A stretch of 64,000 bases of DNA from Promethearchaeota archaeon (GCA_019058245.1 JAHPZJ010000008.1:32001-96000), one strand, 5' to 3'. Positions 20,997 to 30,742 are shown, counted from the stretch's first letter. Numbers and translations: made by a program. Notes: generated by a model from the letters alone, not told the origin.

Positions 20997-21188
20997 TTTT
21001 TTCCTCCATTTTTTTTTAATTTTTTATTTATGTAAACTTTAATTATACTAGGATATTGTTATTATAAATCCTACAACATTAATTTTTAAAAAAATATTTC
21101 CTATGTAATATTTATTGATGTTGATATTTAAATGTTTCTATCCTGATCTGAGTTCAAGGATTAGAAAGGCTAAAATCATAATTTGACT

Positions 21189-21210
21189 GATGTAAAGTAT
21201 AATTTACATC
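21189..21210. promoter_or_regulatory. Inverted repeat GATGTAAA-N6-TTTACATC, candidate XRE operator
   Basis: 8-bp perfect arms upstream of the bPH_2-XRE operon; weaker copy ATGTAAACTTTAATTATAC near 21030. Confidence 0.5.
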
Positions 21211-21330
21211 CCTATTAATATCAATATTTTGCTATAAACTATATTTTTATATGTTTTTATTTGTGTTCATTTTTAATGTTGCTTTCCTATTTTTTTTTTT
21301 ATTTAAATATATTTATTCTCAATAGATATT

Positions 21331-21762
21331 GTGTCAGTACAAGGAGATAAAATTGAAAAAACAAACACAGATCTTAGGAAATTTTTGCCATTAGTACTCA
21401 CTAGGTTTGGTACTAGTATTTTTAATCCCGAACTTATCTATCAATCCTTACTAAAAGAAACCAAAATATCAAAAAATGATGCTCATAAGATAATGGAACA
21501 CGTAATTCGATTTTTAATCTCTGCGAACTTGAAAATTATCACCGCTCCATTAATCAGGGAAGTAGTTAACGTACATCTCTTAAAAAACGGATTCGAAAGA
21601 GAAAGATTGCAATATACTCGAATTGGATTACCTTATTTTGACTTGAACGAGATTTTTACCAATACTGAAAATCTTCAAAACTGTGAAGACGTCGTTTCAA
21701 AAATTCTTAACTGGGTTATTGAGGAGTATTATGCTGTAGACAAGTTAATCGAGGAACGATAA
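21331..21762 (+). CDS. Stand-alone ATP-cone protein resembling the N-terminus of archaeal anaerobic ribonucleotide reductase
   Basis: FNPELIYQSLLKET...ITAPLIREVVNVHLL...YTRIGLPYFD. Confidence 0.75.
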   Translation: MSVQGDKIEKTNTDLRKFLPLVLTRFGTSIFNPELIYQSLLKETKISKNDAHKIMEHVIRFLISANLKIITAPLIREVVNVHLLKNGFERERLQYTRIGLPYFDLNEIFTNTENLQNCEDVVSKILNWVIEEYYAVDKLIEER

Positions 21763-21818
21763 TTTTGATTCCTACCTTTTTTTATTATAATAGGTATTTA
21801 TATACGATTAATAAATGC

Positions 21819-23087
21819 TTATAATAATAGAGCCCTAAAGAATTTTGGACTTAGTGTTATTTTTGAAAGGGTAGGAAGTTTACCAAACCATTTTTCTCCA
21901 ACATATCTATCATTACTGGTATTATGAGTTGATAAATCGTGATTGATATATGCTTCATAAATGTATTGTCTTGCTAACTTATTTTCTTTAAGAAGTTCTG
22001 TATATAATCTCCATAATGTCTTTACATGAGAGCCTTCATTATAAATCAAGTACTCAAGGGCATTTCCATTTTTATAATATGTCAAAAGAACACGTCTTAC
22101 TTCTTCATCATACTTATGTAATTCAGAGTTGGTAAAGTTACTATCCTTTTCAAGTAAGGGTATTAGAGTCTTAGTTGCTATATCTGCACATGCTACACCT
22201 GATAATAATCCTTCGTAAAAAAAGGCAGTGACTAATCCTGCTGCTTCACCAAGAACGAGAACTCGGTCTTTAGTGAAACTTTTAATAGGGTGTTTGGATA
22301 TATCTCCCACTACTGCAGTCGATAAATCATATTTCAATCCATTCAAAACAGGTTGGATTGGTTTATAATTATTTAAAATTCTCTCGAGTTTAGAAAGGAT
22401 ACTTTCTTTAGTTTCACCCTTCTGACCTAAATATCCAGTAGAAATACGCTCCACTCCCTTGTTAAAGAAGAAAGGACCATCACGCGAAATTTTAGGATTA
22501 ATATGAAAGGTATAATCATACTCTAAATTTTCATTGATTTTATCCTCATCACCAAATAAATGGAGAAAAGTCCCTATGTAATGATCTGGAATTTCAAATC
22601 CTAAAGATCTTTGTAAATCAAAACCACGTGAGCCAGTTGCTAAAGCTAGGACTTTAGTTGTATATAATTCTCCCTTATCATTTATTATTTCTAAGTGATC
22701 AGTGTGCCTATTAATTTTAGAGATTTTTTCATTTGCTTTAAATTCACCTCCCTGTTCTTCAAGTTGATTAATCAGTACCTCTATAATATTTTCTGTATAG
22801 CAAATATTTCCTAGAGGAATTCCAAATTCTTTAGAATCAATAACACCATTGAACTCATCACTCATATAATTAGATTTAATGTGGAGACTTGGAAAGATTT
22901 TTTTATTATTCCAATCAATTTCATCTTTAATAAAGGGTCTATTATGTTCAGGAAAAATATTCGTTTTTATTGGAATTTCTTTATGGTAATCTTGAGTTTC
23001 AATTAGAAGCGTTTTAGCGTATTTTGAGATTTTGGATGCAAATGTTGCACCTGCAATTCCCGCACCAATAATAATTACATCATACAT
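21819..23087 (-). CDS. FAD-dependent oxidoreductase, geranylgeranyl reductase-like
   Basis: YDVIIIGAGIAG, ATG, LGEAAG..FYEG. Confidence 0.8.
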   Translation of the reverse strand: MYDVIIIGAGIAGATFASKISKYAKTLLIETQDYHKEIPIKTNIFPEHNRPFIKDEIDWNNKKIFPSLHIKSNYMSDEFNGVIDSKEFGIPLGNICYTENIIEVLINQLEEQGGEFKANEKISKINRHTDHLEIINDKGELYTTKVLALATGSRGFDLQRSLGFEIPDHYIGTFLHLFGDEDKINENLEYDYTFHINPKISRDGPFFFNKGVERISTGYLGQKGETKESILSKLERILNNYKPIQPVLNGLKYDLSTAVVGDISKHPIKSFTKDRVLVLGEAAGLVTAFFYEGLLSGVACADIATKTLIPLLEKDSNFTNSELHKYDEEVRRVLLTYYKNGNALEYLIYNEGSHVKTLWRLYTELLKENKLARQYIYEAYINHDLSTHNTSNDRYVGEKWFGKLPTLSKITLSPKFFRALLL

Positions 23088-23254
23088 AGAAAATTACTCT
23101 TCTCAAATGAATTAGAATAATTTGTTATAATTATCCTATTGATTTTAAATTTTAGTTAGAAAGTTTTTATAGGTGTGTATTCGTAGATATCATGAATAAA
23201 AATTTTTATAATTTAAACAAAAAAAAAATTTAAATATAATAAAGGTGGTAAATT

Positions 23255-24961
23255 ATAGGATTAAAATTAGCTTCGGGGCTTGCAATAACCTCTTTATTTG
23301 CCTTGATGTATGCTGTAATTTTCGTAGTAGGTGTTTGGTTCTTACCCTCGACCATATTTGGCTTACTCTTTATGGTGGGACTTACAATTCTAATTGTATT
23401 ATTTCAGTATGGAATATCTCCACTGTTAATTGGTTGGCTTTACAGAATAGATTGGATACCCTATGAGCAATTTGTAAGGCAATTTCCACATTTAGCAGAG
23501 TCACTCGAAAAAGTAGTTGCTTATAACCGAATTAAGATGCCAAGGCTCGGGATAATTCATGATCTCAATCCAAATGCTTTTACATATGGATGGACTAAAA
23601 ATTCAGCAAGAGTTGTTCTTACGGATGGGATTTTAAAATATTTAAACAAAAAAGAGCAAAATGCTGTGTTTTCACATGAGTTAGGGCATGTGGTTCACTC
23701 AGATTTCATTTTAATGACGGTAGTATTTGCAATTCCACTACTCTTATTAAGTGTCGCTCGATGGGCATATTATGCCAGCTTTTTTTCAAGGGGTAGTTCA
23801 AGAGATGATGAGGGTGCTTTACTTGGTATTGCTCTAATCGCTATAGCTGTATTATCTTACTTAAGTTATTACATAAGTTATTTGATATCACTTATAATAA
23901 GCAGAATTAGGGAATATTACGCGGATGAACATAGTGCAGAGGTTTTAGAGGATCCAAATGCATTAGCAACTGGACTTGTTAAGATAGCATATGGTTTATT
24001 GGTTGATGGTAATATTGAAGAAAGAAAGAAATCCCGTGTACTAGCACTGAGAGGATTAGGAATCTTTGATCATAGAGCGGCAAAAGGCTTGGGTATTATT
24101 AGTGTGGGTCAAACAGGAGTTCTTTCAATGGAAGCTATACAAAAAGCTGCCGCTTGGGATTTATATAATCCTTGGGCTAGATATTATCAAGTTTTCTCCA
24201 CTCATCCATTACCTGCAAAAAGAATAATGCGATTAAATATGTTATGCGAAATTTATGGTATTAAACCTGAAATTGATTTCTCTGATGCAAAAAGACTAAA
24301 AGAAGAACAAGCAGGAAAATCATTATGGGATGAATTTCTATGGGATGTCTTTATAAAAGCGCTCCCTACACTGGTTTTCATTGCTTTACTTGGTTTAACA
24401 ATAGTATGGATATTTGATCTAGTTTTTGATGCTTTCAATGTAGCTTTTCTGGCGCCCGTTTATGCAAACATGTGGCTCGTATGGGCAATCGGTTTTTATA
24501 TTATAGGAATTATGACAATTATCAAAACAGGATACATGTATAAAGGTGGTTTCGAAGATAAAACAGTACTGGACTTAGTTACTAACGTGAAAGTATCCCC
24601 TATAAGAACTATTCCAGCATTTCTGGAGGGAAAAATTGTTGGGAGAGGAATTCCGGGGTATTACTTCAGTGAGGATATGTACTTCCAAGATAACACAGGA
24701 TTGATGTATGTAGATTATCGATTTGGAATTGGAATAGCAGATCTTATATTCGCCCTTAGGACTGTTAATAAATTAATCGGTCAAAGGGTTAGAATTAAGG
24801 GATGGTATCGAAGAGGTCCAAGTCCTTATATTCAGGTAAATACTATATGGTCTGAATCAGGAACTCGACATAAAAATTATGCAAAGTCATTTAGGTACTT
24901 TTGGACAGTTCTAGCTTTTATCCTTGGCATAGGGTGTTTATATTTTTACTTTATGGGTTAA
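23255..24961 (+). CDS. htpX: HtpX/M48 zinc metalloprotease with C-terminal membrane-anchored extension
   Basis: PNAF, HELGH, REYYAD, STHP. Start proposed at ATA 23255 after a GGTGG SD (ORF track gives TTG 23303). Confidence 0.85.
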   Translation: MGLKLASGLAITSLFALMYAVIFVVGVWFLPSTIFGLLFMVGLTILIVLFQYGISPLLIGWLYRIDWIPYEQFVRQFPHLAESLEKVVAYNRIKMPRLGIIHDLNPNAFTYGWTKNSARVVLTDGILKYLNKKEQNAVFSHELGHVVHSDFILMTVVFAIPLLLLSVARWAYYASFFSRGSSRDDEGALLGIALIAIAVLSYLSYYISYLISLIISRIREYYADEHSAEVLEDPNALATGLVKIAYGLLVDGNIEERKKSRVLALRGLGIFDHRAAKGLGIISVGQTGVLSMEAIQKAAAWDLYNPWARYYQVFSTHPLPAKRIMRLNMLCEIYGIKPEIDFSDAKRLKEEQAGKSLWDEFLWDVFIKALPTLVFIALLGLTIVWIFDLVFDAFNVAFLAPVYANMWLVWAIGFYIIGIMTIIKTGYMYKGGFEDKTVLDLVTNVKVSPIRTIPAFLEGKIVGRGIPGYYFSEDMYFQDNTGLMYVDYRFGIGIADLIFALRTVNKLIGQRVRIKGWYRRGPSPYIQVNTIWSESGTRHKNYAKSFRYFWTVLAFILGIGCLYFYFMG

Positions 24962-24968
24962 AATCGCA

Positions 24969-24992
24969 TTTTTTTTTTACTTTTTTTTTTTT
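24969..24992 (+). terminator. Oligo-T tract after htpX
   Basis: T10-AC-T12 just after the stop codon, between convergent genes; typical archaeal terminator signal. Confidence 0.5.
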
Positions 24993-24998
24993 ATTATG

Positions 24999-25757
24999 TT
25001 AAATTATATTAGTAAGTTTATTAGCTACTTTTCTTAAATTTATTTCTGCCAATCCTAATTGCACGTTGTTGTCATAGAGAGCAACAAACAAAAGGGGGTC
25101 TAATTTCCACGGAATATCTATTATTTTTGAAAATACTTTTTGTCCATTCTCTAATCCATAATACATTTCAGGAAAATATAAATCGTCTACCATATACCTG
25201 ATTTCCAATTCTTTTAAAGATTTAACTAAGATTTCATGTGGAAGAGAAGTATAAATTACATTTCCTTTTGTGGTTAGAAGAGCAACACCAACAACTTCAT
25301 CATTATACAATAATTCTTCAAATAATTTAATAGCTTTTTGATAGAAAGTTTTGCTCATATGTATTTCATCTTCTCCTTTAATTATCGAATCAATTAGTTC
25401 ATCTAGTTTTTGATTCTCAATCTGTTGGTAATCTTTTATTTTACTAATATCGGGATATTCAGCTATAAAAACTTCAGCTATTTTTTCCAGACGAGTAGAG
25501 ACAAATAAGATACTCGCTGTAGAATCAGATAAGAGAGAGAAAATAAGATCATTTTGAACCTTAAAAACAAATCTTAATTCCCTCATTTCAAGGACTTCAG
25601 GAGTTTTACGTGATATTACATTCTCTGAAAAAGAAAAAATTGCTGAAAAGAAAGGAGTAATTAAGTTAACTTCAATATTATCAAAATCTTTTGTAAAATT
25701 TTTATGGAAGATACATATTCCTGTTTTTTTGAGAATAAAAAGAGAATGAATTTTCAT
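24999..25757 (-). CDS. Longin-like + roadblock-like domain protein
   Basis: N-terminal IHSLFILKKTGICIF...LITPFFSAIFSFS (longin-type); C-terminal VVGVALLTTKGNVIY (roadblock-type). Confidence 0.7.
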   Translation of the reverse strand: MKIHSLFILKKTGICIFHKNFTKDFDNIEVNLITPFFSAIFSFSENVISRKTPEVLEMRELRFVFKVQNDLIFSLLSDSTASILFVSTRLEKIAEVFIAEYPDISKIKDYQQIENQKLDELIDSIIKGEDEIHMSKTFYQKAIKLFEELLYNDEVVGVALLTTKGNVIYTSLPHEILVKSLKELEIRYMVDDLYFPEMYYGLENGQKVFSKIIDIPWKLDPLLFVALYDNNVQLGLAEINLRKVANKLTNII

Positions 25758-26104
25758 TGCGAGTTACCTAAAATATCGTATAAGGTTTTTATATAAATAC
25801 AGTCTTTTAAGTATTTTTAATATAGATTCTATTAAAACTCATATTAATGAATAGAGTTAAATTTTTTTTAATTTTAGGTGCAATTTATTTCCATGATACT
25901 ATTCTTTTATTATAGGATTTTTGTAATCAATATTCTAAATATAATTAAATCATTTATGTTATTTTAAAAAATCCGTTCTAATATCTTGGGTTTTTTTTTA
26001 AATCCAGATATTTAAATAAAAATTCTAATAATTTTAATTTAGGGAAAAAGTTGAAGGTTTATTATTAATTTTCAAAGAATTCTTTAAAACGAGTTAACAT
26101 TAAA

Positions 26105-26506
26105 ATGTGTGAAGAAGAAATGGAGAAGATAAGAATTAAAAAAGAAGATATGTTACCAAAGCTTCAGAGAATGCCTGGAAAAATAGTTGAAATTGATTAT
26201 GATCATGATCTAAATGTATTAGTTAAGGAGTATCATGAAAAAATTGTAGTTATTGATTTTTGGGCTAATTGGTGTATCCCATGCAAGTCATATGCTCAAA
26301 TTTTTAAAAAAGCTTTCAAAGAATATTCAGATGATTTTGTTTTTATAAAAGTGAATGTAGATAAAACACCAAATATTGCCCAGTATTATGGAATTACTTC
26401 AATTCCTACAACTGCTTTAATAAAAGAAGGAGAAATCTTGCGAAAATTTGTAGGAGTTGTAGATTATGAAGTATTAAAGCAAATTCTTGAGAGATTTAGA
26501 CAATAG
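26105..26506 (+). CDS. trxA: Thioredoxin
   Basis: DFWANWCIPC, KVNVD, SIPT. Confidence 0.9.
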   Translation: MCEEEMEKIRIKKEDMLPKLQRMPGKIVEIDYDHDLNVLVKEYHEKIVVIDFWANWCIPCKSYAQIFKKAFKEYSDDFVFIKVNVDKTPNIAQYYGITSIPTTALIKEGEILRKFVGVVDYEVLKQILERFRQ

Positions 26507-26684
26507 AACAGTGTATCTGTTTAAAAGAATTAGTTTTCTTAAACTCTGTACTAACGACTTTTCCATTAATAACTTTATATACTCCATCAGGGCATATATT
26601 TTGGCAATGTCCAGATCTCATACATCGATCTATATCGATCTCTACCCAATGATTATCTTCTTTCCACTTCTTAATGTTTGTCAT
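26496..26684 (-). pseudogene. Truncated 4Fe-4S ferredoxin
   Basis: IDIDRCMRSGHCQNICPDGVY first motif; second Cys motif absent; 3' end runs into the thioredoxin gene. Confidence 0.55.
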
Positions 26685-26786
26685 AAATAAATATTACATC
26701 TAATTTCCCTATTATGTAAAAAAATCTATATTATTTATAATGGTAAGAATAAATAATTTTCTAGTATTTTCTAGTTTGTGATATGA

Positions 26787-27914
26787 ATGGAATTAATGAA
26801 TCTTTTTAGCCCTGAAAAAATAGCAAATGTTCAAATAAAAAATAGAATTGTGCGCTCCGCCACGTTCATGGCAAGTTCAGAAAAATATGGTTATGTTGGA
26901 CAGGATCTTATCAATATTAACAGTAAATTAGCAAGTGGGGGTACAGGTTTAATAATATCTGGTTATACAGCTGTAGATCCGGGTGGTACTGCGAGTCCAT
27001 ATCAGGAATGCTTATATGATGACTCTTTTATCTCAGGTCAAAAGAAATTGGTGAAAGCAGTTCATGAATACTCAGACGTAAAATTTGCACTTCAAATTGC
27101 CCATACAGGTCGTTTAGGTTATCATCCTAAATATCCAGCAGTAGCACCATCACCTATCCCCGTAAAGGAAACAGGTATAACACCACGAGAATTAACATCT
27201 GAAGAAATTAAAGAACTAATAAAGAAATTTATAGAGGCTGGAATTAGAGGGTATGAATGTGGCTATGATGTGGTTCAGTTACATGCCGCTCATGGATACT
27301 TTTTGAGTAATTTTATTTCACCATATACAAATAAGAGAACTGATGAATTCGGTGGAAATATTGAAAATAGAGCTAGAATTATAATTAATATATATAATGG
27401 TTTAAGAGATGAATTAGGTAAGAAATTTCCTATAATGATTAAACTCCAGATTGATGATTTTATCCCAGATGGGCTTCAATTTGAAGAAGGGATTAAATTT
27501 GCTGAATTATTCTCTGAAATTGGTTTTGATGCTATTGAACCAAGTGGAGGTAGTGAAGAAACAAGAGTGCTAACAAAAAAATCATATCCCTGTCTAATTA
27601 TTAAATCTTCTGATGATGAGAACTACTTTTTACCTTACGCCAAAAAAATAAAACCATTAATGAAGAATTGTAAATTAATTTTAGTAGGTGGTATTAGAGA
27701 TCCATTACAAGCTGAAAAAATCATTCAAGATAAAAATGCAGATTTTATTTCCTTATGTAGACCTTTAATATATGAACCAAATCTTCCAAATCGTTGGAAA
27801 GAAGGAGATCTTTCGCCAGCAAAATGCATTAGTTGCAATAATTGTTTTCCAAGATTTAGAGATGATGCAGTTTGTTGCGTAACTAAAAATCAGTTAGAAA
27901 AAAAAAAAAATTAA
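26787..27914 (+). CDS. NADH:flavin oxidoreductase (Old Yellow Enzyme family)
   Basis: KNRIVRSA, HAAHGY, NKRTDEFGG, C-terminal CISCNNC. Confidence 0.93.
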   Translation: MELMNLFSPEKIANVQIKNRIVRSATFMASSEKYGYVGQDLININSKLASGGTGLIISGYTAVDPGGTASPYQECLYDDSFISGQKKLVKAVHEYSDVKFALQIAHTGRLGYHPKYPAVAPSPIPVKETGITPRELTSEEIKELIKKFIEAGIRGYECGYDVVQLHAAHGYFLSNFISPYTNKRTDEFGGNIENRARIIINIYNGLRDELGKKFPIMIKLQIDDFIPDGLQFEEGIKFAELFSEIGFDAIEPSGGSEETRVLTKKSYPCLIIKSSDDENYFLPYAKKIKPLMKNCKLILVGGIRDPLQAEKIIQDKNADFISLCRPLIYEPNLPNRWKEGDLSPAKCISCNNCFPRFRDDAVCCVTKNQLEKKKN

Positions 27915-28082
27915 TATAATTGTTAGGAAATACTATAGATCCTTAAGGTTCTGTGTATGGAATGGTGTTATCATTATGAATCTCAATATCCCATCTTTTT
28001 ATTTTATTCATTAATATCCCTTCATTTTAGTAAAAAAAGCATATAATTTATTTTTATAAAAAAATTATCAAAAACGATTAAA

Positions 28083-29207
28083 ATGGCATTGGAAACATTA
28101 TTTAGTCCAAAAAACATTAGAAACGTTCAAATAAAAAATCGCATAGTACGAAGTGCGACTTTTACTAATACTGCAGAGAAATATGGTTATATTGGAGATA
28201 GATTCATTGAACTTTATGAGACTTTAGCTGAAGGAGGTACTGGATTAATCATTACAGAAGCAACAGCAGTCGATCCAAGTGGAACTGGAGGTCCATATCA
28301 AGCATGTTTGTATGATAATTCACATAATCCTGGACACAAAAAATTAGTTAATAAAGTTCATGAATATAGTGATACAAAAATTGCTATTCAACTTGTACAT
28401 ACAGGTCGTTTAGGTTATCATCCTAAATATCCAACAGTCGCGCCATCACCTATTCATTCAGAAAGTACAGGGATTACACCAAGAGAATTATCTACTGAAG
28501 AGATTTATGAATTCATACAAATATTTGTTGCATCTGGTATAAGAGCTTATGAATGTGGATATGATATGGTACAACTTCACGCAGCTCATGGCTATTTTCT
28601 TTGTAATTTTATATCACCTTTTACTAATAAGCGAAATGATGAATTTGGTGGTTCAATCAAAAATAGGACTAAAATTTTGATAGACATATATAATGGACTA
28701 AGAGATGAAATCGGAAAGAATTTCCCTATTTTAATAAAACTCCAAGTTGTAGATGCCATTCCAAATGGCCTAATAGAGGAAGAAGGTATTAAACTTGCGA
28801 AAAACCTCGCTGAAATGGGTTTTGATGCAATTGAACCAAGTGGAGGAGGTAGAGAATCACAGATGTTTGAAAAAAATACTTTTCCCAGTAAAGTTGTTAA
28901 AAAACCTAAAGATGAAAACTACTTCTTACCAATAGCAAAAAAAATAAAACATAATTTGAAAAATTGTGCTTTAATACTTGTAGGAGGAATTAGAAATCCC
29001 ATCTCGGCAGAAAAGATACTACAAGATAATGAGGTTGATTTTATCTCATTGAGTAGGCCTTTAATTTATGAACCAGAACTTCCTAATCGCTGGCAAATGG
29101 GTGATAATTCACCAGCGAAATGCATAAGTTGTAATTCCTGCTATACGATTATGGAAAAAGGAGTTCCTGTTTATTGTGTAACTAAAAAGAATTTAGAGAA
29201 AAAATGA
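28083..29207 (+). CDS. NADH:flavin oxidoreductase (OYE family), tandem paralogue
   Basis: Same motifs as 26787; CISCNSC. Confidence 0.93.
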   Translation: MALETLFSPKNIRNVQIKNRIVRSATFTNTAEKYGYIGDRFIELYETLAEGGTGLIITEATAVDPSGTGGPYQACLYDNSHNPGHKKLVNKVHEYSDTKIAIQLVHTGRLGYHPKYPTVAPSPIHSESTGITPRELSTEEIYEFIQIFVASGIRAYECGYDMVQLHAAHGYFLCNFISPFTNKRNDEFGGSIKNRTKILIDIYNGLRDEIGKNFPILIKLQVVDAIPNGLIEEEGIKLAKNLAEMGFDAIEPSGGGRESQMFEKNTFPSKVVKKPKDENYFLPIAKKIKHNLKNCALILVGGIRNPISAEKILQDNEVDFISLSRPLIYEPELPNRWQMGDNSPAKCISCNSCYTIMEKGVPVYCVTKKNLEKK

Positions 29208-29295
29208 AATAGGAAAACAGTTTAATAAATAATAATCAAAAAATCTTTAAATAAAACATGGTAAATTAAATTTTAGGAACAAATAAGTTAGAATT

Positions 29296-30207
29296 ATGAG
29301 CAATAATGCATATACAGACCATTTATTGCAATTTCGCTCTGTAGAGAGGAAGAGATTGATTTTATCCCTCTCAATTACTTTAATTGTTATGATTTTAGAG
29401 ATTATTGGAGGATTAGCAACAAATAGTATTGCTTTAATTAGTGATGCTGGTCATATGTTTACACATTCTTTCGCAATTGGGTTAAGTTTATTAGCAAATT
29501 TTATTGCAAGAAAACCATCATGTCATCATAAAACATTTGGTATGTATCGTGCAGAAGTTTTAGCTGCTTTTATTAATGGAATAATTCTAATTCCAATTGT
29601 AGGATTTATATTATATGAATCTATTCTAAGATTTATCAATCCTCAAGAGATTTTTGGATTTTATATGTTAATAGTGGCTTTTGTTGGTCTTGGTGTGAAT
29701 TTATCAAGCATTATTATACTTCAAGGAAGTCAAAATGTGAGTTTAAATGTTAGAAGTGTATTTTATCATATGATTGCTGATGCTGCATCATCTATAGGAA
29801 TTGTAATTGCCGCAGTTATTATTATATATACTGGATTAGTTATTCTTGATCCTATAGTAAGTATTGGGATATCAATAATTATTATTTATTGGGCATATGG
29901 AATTTTAAAAGAATCAACCCGTATTCTACTTGAGATGGCACCAAAAGGTATGAATATAAATACTATCCGGGAGGATTTAAAAAAAAATTTTCCAGAAATA
30001 ATGGATTTGTACAATGCTCATTTATGGACAATCATTCCAAATATGCTTATATATTCTGTGCATATTAAATTAAATGATCAACTGAGAGAGGCAAATCAGG
30101 AAGAACTTATTCTAAAAATGAATGACTTCCTGTCTAAAAATTATAAAATTATCGAATCAACTATACAGATTATACCGAATGATGCGGTAGAAACATGTAA
30201 TATTTGA
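29296..30207 (+). CDS. Cation diffusion facilitator (CzcD/ZitB-like)
   Basis: ALISDAGHM, TFGMYRAEVLAAFIN, HMIADA. Confidence 0.9.
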   Translation: MSNNAYTDHLLQFRSVERKRLILSLSITLIVMILEIIGGLATNSIALISDAGHMFTHSFAIGLSLLANFIARKPSCHHKTFGMYRAEVLAAFINGIILIPIVGFILYESILRFINPQEIFGFYMLIVAFVGLGVNLSSIIILQGSQNVSLNVRSVFYHMIADAASSIGIVIAAVIIIYTGLVILDPIVSIGISIIIIYWAYGILKESTRILLEMAPKGMNINTIREDLKKNFPEIMDLYNAHLWTIIPNMLIYSVHIKLNDQLREANQEELILKMNDFLSKNYKIIESTIQIIPNDAVETCNI

Positions 30208-30292
30208 AAGTTAATATTTCAAAAATATAAAATAAACATTTAAATACCATTTTAAACCTAAATTATTAACATAAAAACAAAATCTGATTAAA

Positions 30293-30742
30293 ATGTCTGA
30301 AAATCAAGCTTCAACTTATTTCGTAGGTGCTCTAATTACTAGCGCTGTAGGTTGGATATTACTCCTAGCAACTGATTTCGGTGGATTTAATGGATCAAAT
30401 TATTATCTTGGAGTGTATATGTACGGTGGTATAGGAGCATGGTCAGGAGTATATGGTTTACCAATTCTTTTAACTGCGTTTTGCCTCATTTATTGTACAA
30501 TTATATCTATTCTAATCCTAAGATTTCCTGAAAAAATCCCTGATAAGAAATTTGTGCAGTATGGATTTTTTTTAGCCGTCATTTCATTTATTCTTTCAAT
30601 AATTAATGGAATTGTTTTTGCTGTTGTGGCAGAAAGTGAAGGCTGGTGGTGGTGGTTTGACGCTGGTTTTTATGCGGGAGTAATAGGTGGATTATTAACT
30701 GCAATCTTATTTTATTTAGGAAAAAAATCAGTTAACTTATAA
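30293..30742 (+). CDS. Four-TM membrane protein (claudin/PMP22-like topology)
   Basis: Four hydrophobic segments; Gly/Tyr-rich first loop; WFDAGFY before TM4. Confidence 0.6.
   Translation: MSENQASTYFVGALITSAVGWILLLATDFGGFNGSNYYLGVYMYGGIGAWSGVYGLPILLTAFCLIYCTIISILILRFPEKIPDKKFVQYGFFLAVISFILSIINGIVFAVVAESEGWWWWFDAGFYAGVIGGLLTAILFYLGKKSVNL

Noticed and set aside
23245-23466. 73-aa ORF, or a frameshifted start for htpX
   Set aside because: Its GTG lies within the SD, and the ORF overlaps htpX out of frame with no recognisable protein features
27920-28011. Short minus-strand ORF MNKIKRWDIEIHNDNTIPYTEP between the OYE genes
   Set aside because: 22 aa and unrecognisable; may be a remnant but cannot be supported
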